This document shows, piece by piece, positions 1 through 10,033 of a DNA stretch of 64,000 nucleotides. Origin of the DNA: Sanchytrium tribonematis (taxonomy: Eukaryota); contig JADGIG010000008.1 in NCBI GenBank assembly GCA_018985235.1, forward strand, positions 1 through 64,000, written 5' to 3'. The notes beneath the pieces were generated by a model that was given only the letters and a program-made list of their open reading frames with translations, did no database searches and was not told the origin of the DNA. The stretch's first letter is position 1; every line of letters starts with the position of its first letter. Made by a program: the position numbers and the translations under genes.

Positions 1-831
1 CACAACTCCCAAAAGGAAACTATCGATTCGGATGATGATTCTGGTGTTCATGCGACAGACTTGTTAGAGCCTGACTATTTAGAAATTGCTCCGTCGAAAT
101 CTTTTGAGGGTCCCAGTTTTTTACGTGAATTATTTATTTACATTGCAGAAACAGATGACATTTATAAGGTAGAGACTGCTTATTCTAATATAATTCAAAT
201 AATAGATAAATCGGACGATAAAGATATTCTGGATGTGCTTCCTAAGTTACTCGAGTCCTTGATGAAAGCTGTAGATACGTTTAAACTAGCCTCGTTCAAA
301 AATATTAAAGAAAGTTTAACCAGATTGATCTCAAGATTCCCGCAAGAATGTTGTGCTATATTTTGTAAAACTTTTGAGAAACTCAGTTATGGTGAAACTT
401 GTAGAATTGTAGATGCAATTGTTTTTTCGGCTAGTCAGTTGAAAATTGAAAATAGGTTTTCTCAACAAGCAAGTATGTTTATTGAAACACTTCTTTCAGG
501 AGTAAACGCAGATGCAGATCAGCATCTTCTAAAGCGATTTATATTAGCGATTCGGTCTTTAATACTCTATTCAAAAAATGCTTACGCCTTCCAAAATTTC
601 CTTCCTAAATGCATCTCTTTCTTCCTCAGCTTCCAAAGATCGGCGTTTTCTGAATTGAAGAAAGCAAGTCTTAAAGGCATGGAATCTTGCTTTCAAATTT
701 TACTTCAACGAGATCTAGATTTTGAGGAATTTGTAAAATTAATTCTTGTGCAGGAGTTACTCCTTACTGAAAACGAAATACCAAAAGGCAGCATTTCAAA
801 TCAGGTCATTAACATTTTGAAGTTTAATTAA
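1..831 (+). CDS. TEL2: Telomere length regulation protein Tel2/TELO2-like, 5'-partial
   Basis: Frame is open from base 1. DSDDD acidic motif followed by PSFLRELF...ETAY and a helical region ending RIVDAIVFSASQL, resembling the TELO2 C-terminal half. Confidence 0.7.
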   Translation, partial: HNSQKETIDSDDDSGVHATDLLEPDYLEIAPSKSFEGPSFLRELFIYIAETDDIYKVETAYSNIIQIIDKSDDKDILDVLPKLLESLMKAVDTFKLASFKNIKESLTRLISRFPQECCAIFCKTFEKLSYGETCRIVDAIVFSASQLKIENRFSQQASMFIETLLSGVNADADQHLLKRFILAIRSLILYSKNAYAFQNFLPKCISFFLSFQRSAFSELKKASLKGMESCFQILLQRDLDFEEFVKLILVQELLLTENEIPKGSISNQVINILKFN

Positions 832-872
832 TTGATTTTTTCCACATAATAAATTTTGATCAAACGCTCCGT

Positions 873-2613
873 ATGCAAAAATTGTCAGAGCTTCAGCAAA
901 AATATACAGAAGATCCTTCGTTATTCGAGCCCTTGTTACTTGAGTATGAAAAGGTCATTTGCAAGAATTCAGAAATAGCTATAAAATTGAATTTGGTGGA
1001 TAAATTATTTATTTTATGGAAATCTCAATTACAACCCGGATCTGAATTCAAGCGGGTGATATTAACGGCCATTGGGAGCTTTAATTTAATGTCTCTTGTA
1101 TATTTACACGAGTTGCCAACAAATAAGAGCACTTTCCATACTGTACAACTTGAACACTGTATAAGCTTAAAAAAATCAAGTAAGGCCCTTCCTTCTAGAC
1201 AAATTCATGCAATATTGTTAAACAAAATATTTTCTGCTTTATCAGATGTACATCGTTATTACAACAAACAATTTGATGAAGAAGATACAACGGAAAGCCA
1301 TTATTCAATGACTGCAGTTCAATACTTTTATTTTGATGGCAAGCCCTTGAATCAACTTGGAATGTTTTACCAATATGAGGCTATCAAAAGGCCAACTGAT
1401 AAGCTTCAGAATGGTGTTTATACTTTTTACTTTTATCTATACGCCAATTTAACTCCTTATCCTTTTAAAAAGAGCGAAGAAAATTTACAACATTTCATCA
1501 AAGTATTTCTTGGCTTAATCATGGTGGATGTGCATCCATTTTCAAAAATGCTGTACTTGCTTTTTAAGTGGTATGCCCGTCAGGATGTCGACTACGCGGA
1601 TACCGATAAATTGATAATCGATTCATTAAACGATGAGTTCCAAAACATCGTTTTTAAATGCTGTGTTGGCCTCTTTCAATTTCTAGATGGGAAGGGATCG
1701 GTATTGCTAGGTATTTTAAGATTATTTAAAAAATTTCACAAAAATAATCAATTAGCTGTTAACTTTATCAATTTTATGGTCGCTTATAAGCCCAACATTG
1801 ACAATTTGCTAGGTGAGGAAATAATTGCTGGCGTAATTTATACTCATATAGGAATATGCTGCCTGTGTCTCAATCTTGGAGGCTTCAAGTCCTGCTAATT
1901 CAAATCTTTTTGTGGTTTCAATATTTGATTTCGACTTGTGCCATCTTAAAAAAGTTGGGCAACTCATTGGAAACTTGGCGCTTTCTATTATTGAAAAAGA
2001 AGGCCTTACAGATGACCAAGATGTCAGCAAAATAATCATCGGCTCAGCCTCGAAGCTATGGACTGATAAAATTCCGTATTTCTTGCATATATATGATGTC
2101 TACAAAAAGTCTTCGATGAGTCAAAGTGCAATGTCTAGCGTAATTCCCATAAAACTGATATCTAGTGATGTCGAAAGTGTTTCCACGCTTTCAAAATTGC
2201 TAAAGGCCAAATCTTGTTTACAATCTGAGAAAACGATTGCTGTCATTGCCACCGAGAAGTGCGTCAATTCTCAATTTATACCAAAGCTAGTAAAATGGGT
2301 CTCTGAAAATAAGCTAATTTTAGTAATTCCACATGTAGTGAATGATTTAGTTACTAAAAAGGCACAGAAATTTAACACAGAGGCATCCTGGAAGCTTTTG
2401 TTTGACACTATTAATGCAGAAATTGCAAAGCCAAAGCATACAATAATTCTTCAAGATTCTCTAGAAAGCTCAACTGTTGAAGAAAGTTATGAGACAATGA
2501 AAGAAATCTGCCTTAAGTTGGATTCTGCCAAACTGTTTGTTCTAGGAAGCATGAAGGACTATCTGAAAATTCCAACTATCGATATTTATTCATTAGAGCA
2601 ATTAGTAAAATAA
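873..2613 (+). CDS. Est1/SMG5-6-7-like protein with C-terminal PIN-like domain; join(873..1832,1852..2613), 573 aa
   Basis: DGKPLNQLG and FYFY..A.LTPYPFKKSEENL match EST1 domain motifs; LILVIPHVVNDL is PIN-like. A 19-nt intron fuses the two ORFs in frame. Confidence 0.7.
1833..1851 (+). other. 19-nt spliceosomal intron GTAATTTATACTCATATAG
   Basis: Removal joins ORF 873 to ORF 1876 in frame (AG|EYAACVSILEAS). Confidence 0.85.
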
Positions 2614-2618
2614 TTTAT

Positions 2619-2882
2619 TCAAATGTTAATTCCAACTTCCGAGTCTTTGTCTACTTGAACGACGCAATCTAAGTCATATATGAGCTTTATGTTCCCTCTT
2701 ATGAATGAAATACAGATTCCCTCTATGTTTTTGACATTTCCATAAGCTTGAAGTTCTGGTTTAGAAATCGCTGCCTCAATTTCTTTAGTACTTTTCTTAT
2801 AGCATTCACAATCAAATTCCACAATGTAATTTTGAATCAATTGCTCTTGAGATAATACTGAATATAATAAAACAAATAGCAT
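2619..2882 (-). CDS. Small secreted peptidase inhibitor I9-like protein
   Basis: Hydrophobic N-terminus, NYIVEF, and C-terminal VVQVDKDSEV typical of I9/subtilisin propeptide domains. Confidence 0.55.
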   Translation of the reverse strand: MLFVLLYSVLSQEQLIQNYIVEFDCECYKKSTKEIEAAISKPELQAYGNVKNIEGICISFIRGNIKLIYDLDCVVQVDKDSEVGINI

Positions 2883-2914
2883 TTAGCCGAGAACGAGATG
2901 TTTCACATTTAAGT

Positions 2915-3704
2915 TTACTTAAGAGGAGAACATTTTAAAGGCAGCATGATTGTGGATCGCATGGACTCGACCAACCTTACTGTATGGTAAACTGTTTCCG
3001 GCCACTCTTTTTCCTTCCATGCCTGTTCTCTCTGGTATTTTCTAGCCAATAAATCGGGATACTAAATTAAATAAGATTACGCCCCAAACATGATGCACCT
3101 TGTGCAATGCACCAACTTGAGAAAAATAAGCACCATAAGACTGACAATACTTGGTACGACATGACAAACCCTTTTTCCAATAATGCTCCCATTCTAATAA
3201 ATATCCAGGCTTGACTGAATATGTTCTTAATTCAAAAATATTATTCTTGTGTGGATGCTCGTAGGGATCCCAGAAACTAAATGACAAATTAATTTGGTTT
3301 GACCTTTTCAATACAAATTTTCTTAAATCTTTTTTGTAATCATTGTACTCTTTCATTTCATGTAAAATCGACATTTTGTGTGTAAATTGTTCATAAGACT
3401 TGAATTCCCAAATATGAATACCTGTATCTAATTCTCCGATATCAGATACGAATGATCCTTTTAGCGGTACAACTTCAGAAAATATGGGATAGTAATGGTT
3501 CACGCAATCTTCGTACTCTTGAAAATACTTGGGATTTACGTTATGAAACGTAAATTCAGTAATTTGGTCTGGTTTTGCGAGAAGTTTTGATTGTGTATCG
3601 TCTTTGTACGCCATATCTTTAGTATCTATGCCGTATAGTACGCTATGTAATATATTTCGGTTTTTAGCAATATTGATTTGCCTTGTAAAAAGCTTTTGTA
3701 TCAT
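2915..3704 (-). CDS. NIPSNAP family protein; one intron, 256 aa
   Basis: IFELRTYSVKPG and VHHVWG motifs. Splicing restores YPDLLARKYQREQAW...PLKCSPLK*, the typical NIPSNAP C-terminus. Confidence 0.9.
3062..3080 (-). other. 19-nt intron GTAATCTTATTTAATTTAG
   Basis: Restores VHHVWG|YPDL in NIPSNAP. Confidence 0.92.
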
Positions 3705-3841
3705 GTAATTTCAAGGAGTTACTAAATTTATATTACATTCACTCTATTTTCTACAAAGTCAAGGCAAAAACAAAATGAGTGGAACAATGCAGTATAATAT
3801 GCATCAGAAAGTTAGAAAATTATTCCCCACGTTTGAAGACA

Positions 3842-6365
3842 ATGCAATCAACCGAACTGCGCGAGTTGCTTTTGAGAAATCAATCTGGAGCTGGCGCTAG
3901 TATTCTAAATGACTATATTCATAATCACTCGAGAGATATTAATTTTTATAGAGAATTGCTGTCTATATTTCAAACGCAAAATGATAGAGTTGGCAATTCA
4001 GCCGGATTAGTTCTTAAAAATCACATCTACAATATAAGCGATCCAGCATTTATTGAATTTGTTGTTAGTGAATTGTTGAAAATGCCGAGAGATGACAGAT
4101 TTAGAGTGGGAGTAATTGGCACAATAATTGGCAAACTTTGCTTACATTTCCCTCAAATTCCAATATCTCAACACATTCTTGAATTATTAATTAATGAGCC
4201 GTCAATTCCCATATTTAATATAATATCAAGAATTTGTCAAGAGAAACCAATGGATCTACAGCCTGTTCATTTTTCAGTTATCTTACAAAATCTCACTGAA
4301 GATGGATATGCATTATTTGCATTTGAAATTATTAATGTTAGTATAAATTCTTACAATATTGATGGATTTATTCCAGAATTAATACATGCGCTGACAATAG
4401 TCCCGCAACTTTATAGACATCAATCACTTCAGCTACTTGCAAAAATTGCAGAATCAAAGAGCCAAATACTTGTGCAAGCAAACTTTGAAGCTACCTTGAA
4501 ATATGTTTTAGAAAATTTTGATCTTGATGGAGCTGAATTTATTTTAAGTTTCATAGACAATGATAGCGTTCGTGATGCTCTAGTTCCATATCTTCCGGGA
4601 CTTGTTCCTTTGTTGCTTCAAGGTATGCAGTATACAGAGGAGGAGGTAGAATCTACGTTAGAGGATTCGGAAATTGCACCACGACATCACTTAACACAGG
4701 TCCATAATCAACAAGAAGATAGTGAAGACGACGACATAGATTTTTATGGAGAATGGAATCTACGAAAATGCTGCGCATCTGCAATTGATTCGTTGTCTTT
4801 TTGCTTTAAACAACAACTAACTGGAATTATTTTGCCACTTTTAAAAGATTCATTTCATAGTCAAAATTGGCTGGTGAGAGAAGCGGGTATTTTAGCTTTA
4901 GGAGCCATTGCGGATGGTTGTGAGCATGATTTAAATCCATACTTAGGAGAATTAATCCCTTTCTTGGTCACATGTGGGAATGATTCTCATCCACTAGTTT
5001 CATGCATTGCTCTGTGGTCCATGTCTAGATTTGCATTATTCATTTCGAACTCATACGATCAAGATCCTGGTCTCTTCTTTGAGCCATGCCTTCAGAGTAT
5101 TTTAAAAGGAATTGTGAGTCAGCATTTAAAAGTTCAGGAAGCTGGATGCTCCTCGCTAACCTACTTGTGTGAGCAGGCAGGGCCCTCTTTAAGCCCTTAC
5201 AAAGCCGACATAATGAATGCAATCGTACCTTGTTTATCATCGTACTCAAAGAAAAATTTAATTATGCTAATGGATACGCTAGGGGCACTTTCGTTTGCGT
5301 TGGGTCATGATTTGAGAGAGGATGTCGTAATGCAAGCTATTATTCCTCCTCTCCTAGCCTATTGGGATAGGGTAAAAATTGTAGATGTAGTCTATCCAAC
5401 ACTTTTAGATTGTTTGCAACATTTGTTTGTAGCGTTTGGACCACTTTTGCTTCCATTTAGCAAACAAATTATTTCAAAAGCAGGTGGGACTATTATTCAT
5501 GGTCTTGCAGATATGCAGCAACACGGTCTCGATTCCCTTTATGATGCCACGCATATTGTATGCTGTTTAGATTTGATGAGCGGACTGTTGAACGGATTAG
5601 GTGAACAGTCTTCAGATTTCTTCCAATATAAGGAAAATCTTAATCAAATTTTAGGTTCTTGTCTGTCCTTTGGGGAACCAGAGATACTGCAAGCTACTTT
5701 TGGACTGTTGGGAGAGCTTACTCTTTTCCAACCTCAGTCAATAGATAGATTTCTTCCAATGTACTATGAAGCTGCAATTTCTGCAATTCATTTACCTACT
5801 TATGAAACTGAGGCAAGAGCCATATCTAACGCGACATGGTTTTTGGGTGAATTGGTCATAAGATCTGATGGTCAAATTGAAAACATAGATGTGGCTATTG
5901 ATAAAGTTGTCAAATTATTGATTCTTTGTTCAGTACAAGGCAATCAGCAATTTGACGAGTCAAAAATTATAAATACGAGTTTGACTGAAAATGCAACAGT
6001 GACTGTAGCAAGGTTTGCACTTTATCATCCAGACAAAGTTTTAGCAGCCTTGAACTCCTCCTTTGAAGTTTTCATCAAGATGCTTAATCTTTTACACGAT
6101 ACTTCTGAGAAGATGAGTGCATTTTCTGGACTTTTCGCAATGGTGTCACTAAACTCAAACATAGTAGCAACTCATCTTACTCGGGTGCTGTCTGAAATTG
6201 CAAATTGTAAGACGAACGAAAGAGATTTATTCGAAATAATTAAGAGCGTACTTTTCGTTAATTTAGATTGTTCATCACACAAAGCAATACTCCAATTTTA
6301 ATGCGAGTTACTCGCAACTCACTTCGGAAGAAAAAACTACATTGAAGCAACGATATCATGTTTAA
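3842..6365 (+). CDS. TNPO1: Transportin-1/Kap104 (importin beta-2); join(3842..6247,6267..6365)
   Basis: Acidic loop EDSEDDD then EWNLRKCCASAID, REAGILALGAIADGC, HEAT repeats. Spliced C-terminus ends LKQRYHV*. Confidence 0.9.
6248..6266 (+). other. 19-nt intron GTACTTTTCGTTAATTTAG
   Basis: Fits the consensus and gives a transportin-like C-terminus (..LKQRYHV*). Confidence 0.85.
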
Positions 6366-6387
6366 TAAATGAAATTTTATTGAGACA

Positions 6388-7885
6388 TCAGTATTCTTCT
6401 TCAGGAGTCTTGATTTTATCTTGAACATTTGATTTAAGTATTTGCTCTGGTATTTTCTCTGCAATTTTGTGGGCACGCTCTATACCATTCGTATTGTATT
6501 GGATGTTTCTGAAAGGCTCAGAAGCAGCAGCCGCCACAAAATATTCTGCAGAGCTCTGAATTATATCAGCTATACTCGAAATTTTTTTCATATTTGAAAC
6601 TTTTAATGTTGCTTTCTTGTTTAAAGCCTCTTTGGAATCGTTTTCAGGCAAAAATTCATATAATACTGTTACTTTTCCTAAGTGTAACTGTAATTGTTGA
6701 TCCAATTGTTCCAGCAATTTGTCAAATGTTCTAAATTTAAATTCAGAGACTAAAACCTTAATCCCAGTATGGTTTGCAATTCCATTAGGGAAAACTGTAA
6801 TTGATTTCTGTACTTTCTAAGTGAAATAATTTTACCTGTGTTGCTGACTCCCTTCTTGTAATTGATAGATTTTGATAATTACCAGAGGCAGGATATTTTT
6901 CTAGAGATTTTGAAATGCACACTACATTTAATCCCTCATACAAGCTGGAAAGCTCTGTGATCTCAGTTTTTAAATCCAACAAAAAAATGGCCCTAACTGG
7001 CCCTTCTCTTGGTTTAAGTGCAAATGACAAATTTGAATAAAGCTGTTCCATATTTTTACAATTACGATGATTTAAAGTCAACGTCTTCGGGGTCTCTTTG
7101 TCATATCCGCTTAAATGCGCCAGTATCTTGATACCCTTTCCGCCGTATTCAAAGGCATTGTCCTTTTTTATTTGTTCTTTAACAGATTTCACTTCCTGAG
7201 CAATTGATGCATTTTTGTCTGTGACTTTTTCTGAGGCTGTAGCTGGTCTTTCGGTTCCCACAATCTTGTATTCAAAGTTTCTCGGTTTAGAAATTTTGGG
7301 ATTACCGTTTGCAATAAGAGTAATTCCATCATAAAAGTCGTCGAGAGCAAGCAGAGGTTTGAAGCTTTTTGCATCAAATACGCTTTTGACGGTTCCTTCA
7401 TTCCATTTCAACTCAGTGCTTAAATACCCAAGCATTTGTTCGAAAGTTTTGCTATTTCTGTAATTTAAAACAAGCCTTTTCGGATCGTCTTGATTTTTGC
7501 CCTCCGCATAAATATAAACTTTGAGTCCTTTAGAATCAGGTGAAAAATATGATTTGGTGTTATCGAGTTCATTATTTACCTTCTTCTCCACTACATTTGC
7601 TTTTTTCTCCAACATATAATTACATGCTACGAAATTATCTCCAGAGGACGCGACATAGACTTGGCTATCTTGCAATTCTCTCAGACCCATAATCTCACTT
7701 CCATTTATCGTAAATAGCCTTCGTACTGCACCACTTTCTAATGTCAAAGATTTTGAAACATCGGCAGTGAAATTCGCCCAATTCTTATATATCTTGTACG
7801 TCACAACAAATTTTTTACCCGTAAAATGAGTGTCTCCATTTTTCAGTATAGTAATTCTGATCGGGTTGAAGTCATCTGTGCTCAT
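6388..7885 (-). CDS. Doublecortin (DCX) domain protein with four DCX-like repeats; one intron, 492 aa
   Basis: RITILKNGDTHFTGKKF...GAVRRLFTING is a DCX domain. Three further repeats follow, the fourth (SITVFPNG..FRTFDKLLEQL) appearing only after splicing. Confidence 0.85.
6817..6835 (-). other. 19-nt intron GTAAAATTATTTCACTTAG
   Basis: Joins ORF 6785..7897 to ORF 6388..6717 through an open DCX-like segment. Confidence 0.9.
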
Positions 7886-7992
7886 TTGAAATTTCAAGAT
7901 GGGTAATTAAAATTTATTTCGAATTTAAAAAATATTTTCGAGTTGACTGCAATAGCCAAGATCTGCAATTAATAGAGACAATTTATTGTAAA

Positions 7993-8688
7993 TTATTTAA
8001 ATATGAATTCATTAGAAGGTTTGTTTTGACTTGTCCAGTTGTCCAAATTTTGTATAGTTTCGTTGTAATTACTAAAATGTACTTGATTTTGGTTCAGCTC
8101 TGTAAATGGAAATTTTTCTATATATTCAGGATCTTCCAATGGTGGAGGTGCAAATCTGCGCCTTCTATCCTCGGAAACTTTAGCCATTGGTGAAGAATAG
8201 ATAGACTGCGTTCGGGATGGAGGTATATGCTCGTTATCAACATCCATAGGTGTCGTATTTGTTTTCGGGAGAATTTTCTTTTTTTCAACAAGAAGCGGTT
8301 TTGGCCTATTAATTTTCAATATTTTACCTTCTTTTTTACATGCATTAAATGCGTCATCTAAATAATTAGTAGTCTTGGTTTTATCGGCGTTAGGATCCTT
8401 CAATTTCTTCACATATGCCATTCTTGGCTGCTTTTTCTTCGCAATATGTAATGGGACTTTATATACTTTGTCTATAGGTTTTCCGAGTGAAAGAGTTTTG
8501 TTTTTATCTCTCAAGCTACTTGAGATTGTACGCGGTGCTCTATGTGTTGGAGCTTTTGTGGGAGAAACTACTGGAGTCGTAGGCGCAGATCTTGATATTG
8601 GGGAAATTGCATTCTTTATCCTATCGAATATTGGAGAGGCCGTTTTTCTAATAGCTTCGAAAAACGAGGTAGATCCAGGTGAAGTCAT
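7993..8688 (-). CDS. Hypothetical basic, S/T-P rich protein
   Basis: 231-aa ATG ORF filling the gap between neighbours; no family recognised. Confidence 0.6.
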   Translation of the reverse strand: MTSPGSTSFFEAIRKTASPIFDRIKNAISPISRSAPTTPVVSPTKAPTHRAPRTISSSLRDKNKTLSLGKPIDKVYKVPLHIAKKKQPRMAYVKKLKDPNADKTKTTNYLDDAFNACKKEGKILKINRPKPLLVEKKKILPKTNTTPMDVDNEHIPPSRTQSIYSSPMAKVSEDRRRRFAPPPLEDPEYIEKFPFTELNQNQVHFSNYNETIQNLDNWTSQNKPSNEFIFK

Positions 8689-8750
8689 ATTTTCAAAGAC
8701 TCCTATTGTAATAAAAATTAAAATCTATTTTATTTTTTAGATTACAATTA

Positions 8751-9442
8751 TTATTGGTAATTACATACAACTACATTACAAGAGCGAGACATTCCACAAC
8801 CTACTGTAGCATAATTTCTCATTATTTGGTAGTGTCCACCATAAGCACCTAAATAAGATAAAATAAACCTTCAGACGCCCACATCTTGGCACTATCTTCG
8901 TATGTAGAGGTCCAGGCCATATTCTGACCACTGGCACCTCTCGGTAGATTTGCATGTCCTGAAGGGCATCCACTTGCGTGCATTTGCGCCAATCTAGCTA
9001 TATTTGAATTCCACCGAATTGGGCGGCCTCTTACTTGCTGATGAACCGCCAACATTTTGTCTATGTCTGATTGTGATGCACCAGATGAAGGCGGCGCATA
9101 ATAATTTGGGTAATTGGGAGATATTTGCTGATACAGCTCGTGAAAATATGGACTTCGTTGAGAATATTTCTTTTTAAAATTAGAATTTAGACCATGATTC
9201 ACATTATCAATTTTGTGATGGTGGATATAGTGTGGGATGTGACCATAGTGAATGCGTCGATGACTATCAGTAGCGTGAATTGCGTGGTGGTGATGACGAT
9301 GATTCTTATGATTATGACCCGATTTAAAATTAGTGTATTTTGCCTTGTCTTGGCCGTAATTTACATTATTAACTTTATTATGATGATGGATGTTCTCATC
9401 ATCTAGTACAGCAGCGAAAACTGCTATAATGAGAATGATCAT
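8751..9442 (-). CDS. Secreted His-rich CAP/PR-1 (SCP) domain protein; one 20-nt intron, 223 aa
   Basis: Signal peptide, His-rich region, MLAVHQQVR..IRWN..GQNMAW. Splicing adds GHYQIM..VGCG..VVCNY (CAP signatures). Confidence 0.88.
8849..8868 (-). other. 20-nt intron GTTTATTTTATCTTATTTAG
   Basis: Restores the CAP C-terminal motifs GHY, VGCG and VVCNY. Confidence 0.88.
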
Positions 9443-9499
9443 AGTACAAAATCGAGGGGCTTCTTCGTCCAATAAAAAATAAGTTTGCCCCTTGAATGT

Positions 9500-9910
9500 T
9501 CACATTGGCGCAATAAAAGGTTTCTGAACCGGAACTCTATCTTTAATGATATGCTTTTTAATCATCCCATCTTTGTCATAAATATAAACAAACATTAGTT
9601 CTTCTTCAAAGCTATTTGAGCCATCGAATCCCTCGAGTAATAAACGGATGTGTAAATTATCATTTTTCTCCATATCTGCCCTCAACACAGTGACGTCGTA
9701 CTCATGAAATCTCCAATTGAGCAGTAAATGAGTCGACTTAGCTAGACATTGATATTGAAATATTCCTGTGCAATGAAGGTTAGTTTGCATATCCATCAGC
9801 TGTATATTTTTCGAGTACAATGTAAAATTTTGTAATCCGTACTTGGGAAAAGCTTCTAATTCATGTATCAACTGGAAAACTTTTGATCTCATTATCAAAG
9901 ATCTAATCAT
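9500..9910 (-). CDS. DUF2358/C6orf136-like (NTF2-like) protein
   Basis: LYSKNIQLMD...TG..QY and YDKDGMIKKHII resemble DUF2358. Start placed at the internal ATG to avoid overlap with PRP6. Confidence 0.5.
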   Translation of the reverse strand: MIRSLIMRSKVFQLIHELEAFPKYGLQNFTLYSKNIQLMDMQTNLHCTGIFQYQCLAKSTHLLLNWRFHEYDVTVLRADMEKNDNLHIRLLLEGFDGSNSFEEELMFVYIYDKDGMIKKHIIKDRVPVQKPFIAPM

Positions 9911-10033
9911 GCTATTATAGTTTTGAAAAATATTTCTAATCGATCCATAAATAATAATTTCCAAGGCAGAACGTGGGACACATTTAGTACCATCTCTGAT
10001 TCTTATGTCTAGCACTACTATACAAATGACTCC

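Noticed and set aside
3775..3900. 41-codon ORF overlapping the transportin start
   Set aside because: Out of frame, no consensus intron links it to the gene, and no recognisable product.
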